Below are positions 28,318-35,630 of a DNA stretch of 64,000 nt, piece by piece. Made by a program: the position numbers and the translations under genes. Source of the stretch: Prevotella sp. (GTDB lineage Bacteria > Bacteroidota > Bacteroidia > Bacteroidales > Bacteroidaceae). Below the pieces are notes generated by a model. It made no database searches. It was not told the origin of the DNA and saw only the letters and a list, made by a program, of their open reading frames with translations. The stretch covers positions 1,854 through 65,853 of the forward strand of contig JALFCG010000072.1 of assembly GCA_022771265.1 (NCBI GenBank). Direction: 5' to 3'. Numbering within the stretch: the stretch's first letter is position 1; every line of letters begins with the position of its first letter.

Positions 28318-28977
28318 TTCGTCCTTTGTCGGGTCAAGCAGGTTGACCATTCGGTCGATGGCGGCTTTCGCCTTCTTCGGGGTCTTCTGCTTGTTCCAGG
28401 AACCAAACTGCCGACTGTCGCTATCGAGGAAATGACTGCCCGTGACTACCCATATCGAGCTGCCTTGCGGTAGGCTGATGAGCAGCTTCTCCTCAAGGGT
28501 CTTGACGAGATAGTAGAGATTGGCCTGCGGTGCCGTCCACTTCACCTTCACCGGGTTTGCCTCTCCCTCGAAGATGGCGTTGAAGTCGTCGGGCTTCGTA
28601 TCCTGGTGAATCCATCCTGCCCTGAGCAACGCCTTGTAAAGCTGCACCAGACGTGTGTAGCCGCCTTCGTGGTTGAGAAAGCGATAGGTGAACACTTCAT
28701 CGACCACACGTGGCTTCAAAGGCGTGCTGCGGCGCTTACGGGGAGCTGACGGCTGTGCGGAAGGCAGCTGTGCGGCTGTCTGCTGTGCGGAAGGCAGCTG
28801 TGCGGCTGGCTGCTGTGCTGCAGGCTCTGTAGCGTAGTTATAGACGTTCTGCACGGCAATGCCTCCGCTCTCGACGTTTCCTATTTCGTATTCGACGTTT
28901 TTCTCGAACACTATTTCCGTTTTAGAGGCGTCAACTCCCAACGCCTTCAGTATTTCGATTTTATCTTCCAGTTTCAT
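28303..28977 (-). CDS. hypothetical protein with Ala/Gln-rich repeat linker
   Basis: 224 aa. A small N-terminal domain, the linker AAQQPAAQLPSAQQTAAQLPSAQPSA (30-nt DNA repeat), then a roughly 140-aa C-terminal domain. No family recognised. Confidence 0.6.
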   Translation of the reverse strand: MKLEDKIEILKALGVDASKTEIVFEKNVEYEIGNVESGGIAVQNVYNYATEPAAQQPAAQLPSAQQTAAQLPSAQPSAPRKRRSTPLKPRVVDEVFTYRFLNHEGGYTRLVQLYKALLRAGWIHQDTKPDDFNAIFEGEANPVKVKWTAPQANLYYLVKTLEEKLLISLPQGSSIWVVTGSHFLDSDSRQFGSWNKQKTPKKAKAAIDRMVNLLDPTKDEKRNS

Positions 28978-29005
28978 AAGTCTTGTCTCTTAGTTTCGTA
29001 TGTGC

Positions 29006-30124
29006 TCAATTTTTCTTCACTCCTATTGCTCCCTGACTGACGTTGGCGATGTAGGACTCGACACTTTGCTCCAACACAAACTGCGCTCCTTGCTGCACGA
29101 CGATGAATCTTGCATCCACGTCCTGCAATCGCTTCTTGAGCTGCGCCCGCGCCTCTGCCCATTTTGGGTCGTCATTGCCGTAGAGTATTTCCATGAGCAT
29201 GTCATAGACGGGCTTGATCTCGTTGTAGCGTGACGTGCTATTCATGCAGTAGTTTACGATTCTGTCCAGTGTGAGAAGTTCCTCAAGCTTGGCGGGCTTC
29301 TTGGATGCTTCCGCTTCAGCGACTGCTTCTGAGGCAACCGGAGCTGCTTCCGGGGCTGCCGAAGCTGCTGCTTCCGAGGCAACCGGAGCTACTGACGGAG
29401 CTGCCTTGACCGCTGCTTTCTGAGCTGCCTTGACCGCTGCTTCTGGAGCAACCGGCTCTTTTTCTGCTGCTGCAATTATCGATGCTTTGGGCACCACTAT
29501 GGCTTCCGCGTTTTTGATAGCCTTTGCAGCCTTTTCCGCTGCTTTCTCTGCCAAGATTTTTTCACGGCTGCTGGCTTTGCTGTGGTTTATGGTCCACTCG
29601 CCGACAGTTACCGGTATTTTGACCGCAGGTGTAAGGTTCACCGTTGTCACCGGTATTTTTACCGCAAGCCTTTCTTTAGCAATACTGTTAATCGCTCGTT
29701 GTATCGACGGTGAAGTCTTTGCCTTCAATGCTAGGTCGGCGGCTTTCTTCCCGCTTTGTGCTCCCTTGTAGGTGGGGTCATAGACAGTGCTGGCTTTCAC
29801 GACTCCGACTGTCACCTGACCGTCAACGTGCTTGCCGTTGGACGTCATAGGCCGATGGTTGTTTTTCGCGCCGTTGACGTAGCGTGCGAGAATGTACTCT
29901 GCAAGCCGCTTGTTGTCGCCTTGACTTCGGATTTGAAAAGTAATCTGACTGATGATGCCAGCGTACTCGCTTGCTAAACGCTGCGAGAACATCAAGTTGG
30001 CAACTCGCTTCATAGCCATTCTGTCCGTCATCGCCCCAAGCAGAAGAGTGGACATTTTCATGATGGTAGGTGTCATGTTCGTCATAACTTCAGGTTTTAA
30101 TAAATTAGTTATAAAAAAGTCCAT
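29006..30124 (-). CDS. hypothetical protein with Ala-rich low-complexity linker
   Basis: 372 aa with an internal AVKIPVT duplication and an A/E/K/P/V-rich linker. The start is uncertain, with several in-frame ATGs in the first 24 codons. Confidence 0.55.
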   Translation of the reverse strand: MDFFITNLLKPEVMTNMTPTIMKMSTLLLGAMTDRMAMKRVANLMFSQRLASEYAGIISQITFQIRSQGDNKRLAEYILARYVNGAKNNHRPMTSNGKHVDGQVTVGVVKASTVYDPTYKGAQSGKKAADLALKAKTSPSIQRAINSIAKERLAVKIPVTTVNLTPAVKIPVTVGEWTINHSKASSREKILAEKAAEKAAKAIKNAEAIVVPKASIIAAAEKEPVAPEAAVKAAQKAAVKAAPSVAPVASEAAASAAPEAAPVASEAVAEAEASKKPAKLEELLTLDRIVNYCMNSTSRYNEIKPVYDMLMEILYGNDDPKWAEARAQLKKRLQDVDARFIVVQQGAQFVLEQSVESYIANVSQGAIGVKKN

Positions 30125-30375
30125 AATCTCTGAACAAGCTCATTGTCAACCACTTACGCTCTGCATCGCGCTCCCGTTCCGACCTTTCTGTATCAATTTT
30201 CGGCACGATTTCGCTTCGATGCCGAAAAAAAATGCAGTATAAGGGTAGAAGCCGTCACACGCAAGGCGAGAGGCCTCCAAGGCGCCAATGGGCTGACGTC
30301 GGGTCGTGTGGCGAGACAAGTCACCTGCTTCTGGTTGCAAAAATAATACTTTTTAATAAACAAACAAAGAAAATT

Positions 30376-30945
30376 ATGAAAAAATTGACTTTCAACCCAA
30401 AATTTCTTGTCAAGCCGTTCAGAAACGGCAGACTTTACCCTTGTTTCGGCACCAGTTTCGACATCACTACCGTCTTGTGCCAGCGAGTGATTAACCTTGA
30501 AGACTACCGCCAGGGCATCTGCGACATGACGGAAGACAAGGCAGAAGAGCTGCGCCACCACCAGCCGGTGTTCTACCTGCAGCAACAGGCTGATGCCTTC
30601 ACCGACAACGGCGACGGGGCAAGGCTACGCCACAGGTGGAACGGCCTGCTGCTCTTCTCAAAGCGCGACAAGAAGTGGACACGCATCACGGTGATGGAGA
30701 ACAGAAAGGAGTGGAACGTGGTGCTTTCATTCGAAGACCCCGACAAGGACCGCTACTGGTTTGTGGTTGACACAAAGGAGACGTCGTTCGACGAGGAGAC
30801 CTTCTGGTGTGACCGGGCGATGTGGAAGGCAAAGCTCGACGAGGACCTCGACAGCGTCACCGCCTACGACTACAGCTACTACGTACGCGCCCTCATGCCC
30901 GAACACTATGACATCGTTGACCGCGAGGTACTGTTTGGAGAATAA
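30376..30945 (+). CDS. hypothetical protein
   Basis: I prefer the ATG at 30376 (MKKLTFNPKF...) within track ORF 30232..30945. A-rich leader; 189 aa; no family recognised. Confidence 0.5.
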   Translation: MKKLTFNPKFLVKPFRNGRLYPCFGTSFDITTVLCQRVINLEDYRQGICDMTEDKAEELRHHQPVFYLQQQADAFTDNGDGARLRHRWNGLLLFSKRDKKWTRITVMENRKEWNVVLSFEDPDKDRYWFVVDTKETSFDEETFWCDRAMWKAKLDEDLDSVTAYDYSYYVRALMPEHYDIVDREVLFGE

Positions 30946-30950
30946 ACTCA

Positions 30951-31242
30951 ATTGAACTTTCCCACCCTTTTAGAATAGCATTACAATATGGTATTATCAG
31001 AGCACCTCCACTGCATGACAGTAATTTGGCTCTCCCCCTAAGATAGGGGGAGTCCCCCGAAGGGGGGAGGGAGTATGAAAAACGTCAGCACTATCTCGCT
31101 TGACAAATGCTTTTGCTGGAAGCTCGTACTGGAAGCTTCTGCTGGAAGGTCATACGCCCCCGTCACTTCGTGACACCCCCTCTATCTTAGAGGGGGAACA
31201 AGTTACTCAACTGCATGGAAAGGGGGTGGGAAAGTTCTGTAA
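30951..31242 (+). mobile_element. MITE-like repeat, copy D (full length, 3 central subrepeats)
   Basis: Terminal inverted repeats GAACTTTCCCACCC / GGGTGGGAAAGTTC. Flanked by TAAACTCA / TAAACTTA. Inserted between two same-strand genes of the accessory block. Confidence 0.75.
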
Positions 31243-31268
31243 ACTTAAACCACTAAAAAAAAACGACC

Positions 31269-31589
31269 ATGTACAAGAAAAAATTCCACAACGTCAGCCT
31301 TACATGCATGCTGCAGGGCGAGACAGAAGGCACACTGGAAAAGTGCCGCCACGGAGTGTTGACAAAGACCAACGACGGATTCCGCTTCGAAGAGTCGGTG
31401 AAGAGAACGAAATACGCTCCCAACCCGCAACTCTTCTCAGGAGACCACGTCAAACTCACACGCCTGAAAAACGGCAACTACCGCATCAACGTCAGGGAAA
31501 TCGACGCATCGACCATCACCGACGCCAACGCCCTCGCCTTCAGCATCTACTGCGAATTACAAACCGCCTACAGAACCATCGTATTATGA
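31269..31589 (+). CDS. hypothetical protein
   Basis: 106 aa. ATGA overlap with the downstream ATPase gene suggests coupling. Confidence 0.5.
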   Translation: MYKKKFHNVSLTCMLQGETEGTLEKCRHGVLTKTNDGFRFEESVKRTKYAPNPQLFSGDHVKLTRLKNGNYRINVREIDASTITDANALAFSIYCELQTAYRTIVL

Positions 31590-33001
31590 AAAAACCAGAA
31601 TCAATAGAAAAGAAAAGACGGCCCTCACTCACGGGGGCCGACTTCCCACCGGCAGTGCGCGTGTTCTGGGAAGGAGCACCCGACCAGTTCAAGAACGCAA
31701 GCGTGCTGGCTGCCATCACCTGCTACTGCGCACTCGGCACAAGGCTCAGGGCACGCTACGTCTATGACATCGACCTGCACGCACTGCTGCTGCAAGTGCT
31801 GATCATCGGAGAGCCTGGATCGGGAAAGTCGTTCACAAGGTCGATAGTAAAACAGCTGATGAGACCAATACGCATCAAGGACCAGGAGATGAAACGACTG
31901 GAACAGGCATACGCCGAACTCAAACGCACAATGGCGAAAAACAAGCAGCTGCCCGACGAACCCCTCACCGCCACTCGCATGGTGCAGACCATCACCAAGG
32001 CGAAACTCGTCAAGCGAGCCGACATGTTCGTAAGGAAATACGGCGAGACTCTTGCCTTCTTCTTCTTCTCGGAAGAGCTCTCGACCATGACCGAGTCAAA
32101 CAAGCGAGCCTTCGCCGACCTTAACACCATGGACCGCCTTGCCTACGACCTCGGAGCCGAATTCTCCTCCGACACCCTCTCTGACGCAAGCTACAACGCC
32201 GACGTTGACATCATCTACTGCAGCCTCTTCTGCGGCACGGAGAACGCGCTCAACGACTATATCAACAAGCGGGCGGTGGAAGGGGGCAACTGCACAAGAA
32301 AGGTCATCGTGCACATCGACGAGGACCTCATGGGAGAAGACGCTCCCGTGTTCCGCCAACAGACCGAAGAGGAGCGACAAGCCGTGGAAAAAGCCGTCAA
32401 CATGCTCATGGCTGAAACCTACACCGACGACGACCTGCTGCAGCCAGTACACGAGATACCCATGGAATGGATCGACACGGCTGTAAAGAAATGGTGCGCA
32501 CAGAAACGGCAGGAAGTGCTCAAGACCGGGTCAAGAGCCCTCAACTGCTTCTACAAGCGAGCATCGGTGTCGGCATTCCGCATGACCGCACTCATCTACC
32601 ACCTATGGGGCGAGGACAACGACAAGGACGCAACCGACAACATTCAGAAACGGTGCATTCGCTTCTACCGCTACATGGCACAGTTCATACTCGACGGACT
32701 CTTGGCAAAATGGGGAAGGCAGTACGAAGTGCTGCACAAAGGCGACGTGCAGGACGACGGCAACCGAGTCACCCTCTTCGACCAGCTCCCCGACCGCTTC
32801 AGCCGCGACCAGCTGCGCGAACTCATCGTCAAGCTCGACCTCTCGTCACCCGACCGCATCTTCATCGCAAAATGGAAAAAGATGAAACTGGTCAACCAGC
32901 CTGACGAGAAACAGGAAATCTACTACAAAACAAATCCACAACAAAAAAACCAACCATCATGCAACCCACCGACATCAACCGACTCCGGGGGCTGCCAATA
33001 G
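31586..33001 (+). CDS. P-loop NTPase, putative replicative helicase (DUF3987-like)
   Basis: I use the ATG at 31586 (MKKPESIEKK...); the longer track ORF from 31100 reads through MITE copy D. Walker A is IIGEPGSGKS and Walker B-like is FFFFSEE. Immediately upstream of, and overlapping, a primase gene. Confidence 0.65.
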   Translation: MKKPESIEKKRRPSLTGADFPPAVRVFWEGAPDQFKNASVLAAITCYCALGTRLRARYVYDIDLHALLLQVLIIGEPGSGKSFTRSIVKQLMRPIRIKDQEMKRLEQAYAELKRTMAKNKQLPDEPLTATRMVQTITKAKLVKRADMFVRKYGETLAFFFFSEELSTMTESNKRAFADLNTMDRLAYDLGAEFSSDTLSDASYNADVDIIYCSLFCGTENALNDYINKRAVEGGNCTRKVIVHIDEDLMGEDAPVFRQQTEEERQAVEKAVNMLMAETYTDDDLLQPVHEIPMEWIDTAVKKWCAQKRQEVLKTGSRALNCFYKRASVSAFRMTALIYHLWGEDNDKDATDNIQKRCIRFYRYMAQFILDGLLAKWGRQYEVLHKGDVQDDGNRVTLFDQLPDRFSRDQLRELIVKLDLSSPDRIFIAKWKKMKLVNQPDEKQEIYYKTNPQQKNQPSCNPPTSTDSGGCQ

Positions 33002-33915
33002 AAGAGGTGGCAAAAAGGCTTGGCGTCGGCATCTCACGGCACCAGGCCCTTTGCCCCTTCCACGACGACAGCCACCCCTCGCTACACTTCAGCGAGAAAA
33101 GAAACACATTCAAGTGCTTCGTATGCGGAGCCCACGGCAGCTCCATCGACCTCGCCATGCGCGTACTCGCGAAAAACTTCACCGAGGCTTGCCAATGGCT
33201 TGCCGACGAACACAACATCATCATCGCCACAACGCCTACAACCACTGACACGGAAAAGAAAGGCAACACCACCTTCGACCCGGCACGCTACCTGCCATAC
33301 ATCGACCACCCGACACTAAGCCCCAAGGCACGGCAATTCCTCTACGACCAAAGGGAAATCGACCCAAGGGTGGCACAATGGTGCAGGCTCAGCTCATGGA
33401 AAGACAAAAAAGGCGTCAACTGGCTGTTCATACCCTACTTCGACATCGAAGGAAAACTCATAGGGGTGCAGAACCGAAACCTCGACTACCGCAAGGACAA
33501 GCCCGACGCCACCGGAGCACCACGATTCCGCTTTCCACGAGGATGCAAGTGCGCCATCTACAACCTGCCCGTGCTGAAAATGCTCAAGAAAGACGAGCCC
33601 CTATTCATCACAGAAGGTACTTCCGACTGCTGGGCGATGCTCTCAAGCGGACACAAGGCTATTGCAATACCAAGCGCAACGGCGCTCGGAAGGGACGGAC
33701 GCATGACGCTCAGGCAATTCACCGACAACTACGGACCGCTAAACCTGCACATGTATCCCGACGCCGACATCCCCGGCGAAAAACTGTACCTCGAACTCGT
33801 GGCGCTGGCAACCGAACTTAAGTCGTGCATCACACGACACTCGCTGCCCTACGGATGCAAGGACTTCGCCGAATACTTCATCAGCAAGCATCAAAACAAC
33901 ATTCAACTATCTTAA
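32959..33915 (+). CDS. DNA primase, CHC2 zinc finger + Toprim domain
   Basis: 318 aa. Zinc finger is CPFHDDSHPSLHFSEKRNTFKCFVCGAHG. Toprim motifs are FITEGTSDCWAM and YPDADIPGE. Confidence 0.85.
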   Translation: MQPTDINRLRGLPIEEVAKRLGVGISRHQALCPFHDDSHPSLHFSEKRNTFKCFVCGAHGSSIDLAMRVLAKNFTEACQWLADEHNIIIATTPTTTDTEKKGNTTFDPARYLPYIDHPTLSPKARQFLYDQREIDPRVAQWCRLSSWKDKKGVNWLFIPYFDIEGKLIGVQNRNLDYRKDKPDATGAPRFRFPRGCKCAIYNLPVLKMLKKDEPLFITEGTSDCWAMLSSGHKAIAIPSATALGRDGRMTLRQFTDNYGPLNLHMYPDADIPGEKLYLELVALATELKSCITRHSLPYGCKDFAEYFISKHQNNIQLS

Positions 33916-33928
33916 ACTCAACAAGACC

Positions 33929-34801
33929 ATGGACATAACAATTAAAAGAACAACAACCAACCTTCTGTTCACCACAGGGGAAATATTCATCAACGGCAAG
34001 CGACAGGCCTTCACCGTCGAACCTACGCAGACAATGCTGCCCAACGGCATCTACACCGTCAGATACGCTCAAAAGGCTAAGCTGGAACGAAGACTGCAAA
34101 TCGTAGGCAAAAACAAACAGGCTGACGGCACAAAAACGGAAAGACAACACAAAGGATGGGCTATCGGAGCGGTCAACTCGTGGATTGACGCAAGGAAGAC
34201 AAAAACGATTGGCATTGGCGAACCTCTCATTCCGGGAGTGGTGACGCAATCGGCAAAAGTGACAAGGCGAATAACCAACAGGCTCGAGAAATGCAAGCAA
34301 AGAGGAGAAACCGCCACTCTCGTCATCACAGGACTAAAGGAACTAAAATGCGTGCCACGCTTCTGGAACCGCTTCACAAGCATCCTCACAACAGCTGCAC
34401 TCACCGCCACACTGGCACTGACGCTCACGGCATGCTCCTCACAACGCCACTTGCAGCAGGACATCGGCAGGTCAAGCCGCGACTCCGTCAGCATGAGAAC
34501 ACTACGCTACGACTCCATCTTCATCTACGAAAGCCACACCACCGACTACCGTCATGCCGCCGACACCTCCATGACCAACGACGGCATACGCGTCGATACC
34601 GTCTTCGTGAACGACAAAAGCATCGAATACCGCTACCGCATCAAGAAAGACACCGTCGTCAAGACGGCTATCGACACGATACCTGTCGTGCACGACGTAG
34701 TGACCGTAAAGGAAGTGGCACGCACACCTCTGCTGACCCAAATGCTCGCCATCGTCGGCATATTCGCATTGGCTATAGGCGCAGTGAAATACATCAAATA
34801 A
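33929..34801 (+). CDS. hypothetical two-part protein: N-terminal DUF5675-like domain, internal lipoprotein signal, C-terminal TM anchor
   Basis: 290 aa. An internal in-frame GTG at 34352 is followed by PRFWNRFTSILTTAALTATLALTLTAC (lipobox). C-terminal TM is LLTQMLAIVGIFALAIGAV. Confidence 0.55.
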   Translation: MDITIKRTTTNLLFTTGEIFINGKRQAFTVEPTQTMLPNGIYTVRYAQKAKLERRLQIVGKNKQADGTKTERQHKGWAIGAVNSWIDARKTKTIGIGEPLIPGVVTQSAKVTRRITNRLEKCKQRGETATLVITGLKELKCVPRFWNRFTSILTTAALTATLALTLTACSSQRHLQQDIGRSSRDSVSMRTLRYDSIFIYESHTTDYRHAADTSMTNDGIRVDTVFVNDKSIEYRYRIKKDTVVKTAIDTIPVVHDVVTVKEVARTPLLTQMLAIVGIFALAIGAVKYIK

Positions 34802-34825
34802 CAAAACATTAACTCACAAAAAAAC

Positions 34826-35272
34826 ATGACCAAACTCACAACTCACTTCACACTGGCGGAGTTCACACGCTCCGCCACTGCCTTGTCAAAAGGCATCGAT
34901 AACACGCCATCCAACGAGGCAATAGCCAACATGCGCCACCTCTGCGAGGAAGTGCTCGAACCGCTCAGGGATGCATTCGGAGAGCCCGTGACCGTGTCAA
35001 GCGGCTACCGTTCGAAGACGCTGAACGCCGCTGTTGGTGGAAGTCCTACAAGCCAGCACATGCGTGGTGAGGCTGCCGACATAGCTCCAACCGCCACTGC
35101 CGAAGGGAAGAAGCGGCTGAAGGAATGGATGAGATGGATTATCGACAACACCGACTTCGACCAGTGCATCTTCGAGCGCAACTCATCCGGCACCTGTTGG
35201 ATTCACGTCTCAGCCTGTCGTAACCCGTCGCGCAACCGCCACCACGTCATCTCCTCGCTCAAGAAAGCGTAA
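34826..35272 (+). CDS. peptidase M15 family (D-Ala-D-Ala carboxypeptidase/endolysin-like) metallopeptidase
   Basis: 148 aa. SGYRS...SQHMRGEAADI...WIHVS zinc-ligand pattern of Peptidase_M15A-type cell-wall hydrolases. Confidence 0.85.
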   Translation: MTKLTTHFTLAEFTRSATALSKGIDNTPSNEAIANMRHLCEEVLEPLRDAFGEPVTVSSGYRSKTLNAAVGGSPTSQHMRGEAADIAPTATAEGKKRLKEWMRWIIDNTDFDQCIFERNSSGTCWIHVSACRNPSRNRHHVISSLKKA

Positions 35273-35307
35273 CTCGTAACAGTGTAACTCAAAAAAAACA
35301 GTTACAT
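35265..35307 (+). repeat. GTAAC module copy 3
   Basis: Exact 26-mer at 35265-35290. Its first TAA is the stop of the M15 peptidase. The hairpin is GTGTAACT-CAAAAAAAAC-AGTTACAT. Confidence 0.85.
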
Positions 35308-35493
35308 ATTGAACTTTCCCACCCTTTTAGAATAGCATTACAATATGGTATTATCAGAGCACCTCCACTGCATGACAGTAATTTGGCTCTCCCCCTAAGG
35401 GTCATACGCCCCCGTCACTTCGTGACACCCCCTCTATCTTAGAGGGGGAACAAGTTACTCAACTGCATGGAAAAGGGTGGGGAAGTTCAGTTA
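35308..35493 (+). mobile_element. MITE-like repeat, copy E (internal deletion of about 105 bp)
   Basis: Both termini are intact and the centre is missing, with the junction at CCCCCTAAG|GTCATACG. Flanked by TTACATAT on both sides. Confidence 0.75.
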
Positions 35494-35502
35494 CATATAT
35501 TT

Positions 35503-35542
35503 CAAGTTGACAAGTTGACGAGTTGACAAGTGGACAAGTGGA
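35503..35542 (+). repeat. tandem array (CAAGTTGA-like) x5
   Basis: Units are CAAGTTGA CAAGTTGA CGAGTTGA CAAGTGGA CAAGTGGA, with 8-nt period. Confidence 0.85.
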
Positions 35543-35630
35543 CAGCATGTCACATATATGGGAATTTTGAGTCAGTTACACAAAAAAGACAGAGAGATGC
35601 TGACCATCACGGTTCATCCGTGCGTCATAG

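Noticed and set aside
31100-31585. N-terminal 162 codons of the 633-aa track ORF 31100..33001.
   Set aside because: This part reads straight through MITE copy D and overlaps the 106-aa ORF. An ATG at 31586 with an ATGA overlap to the upstream gene gives a sensible P-loop protein, so the extension is a reading-frame artefact.
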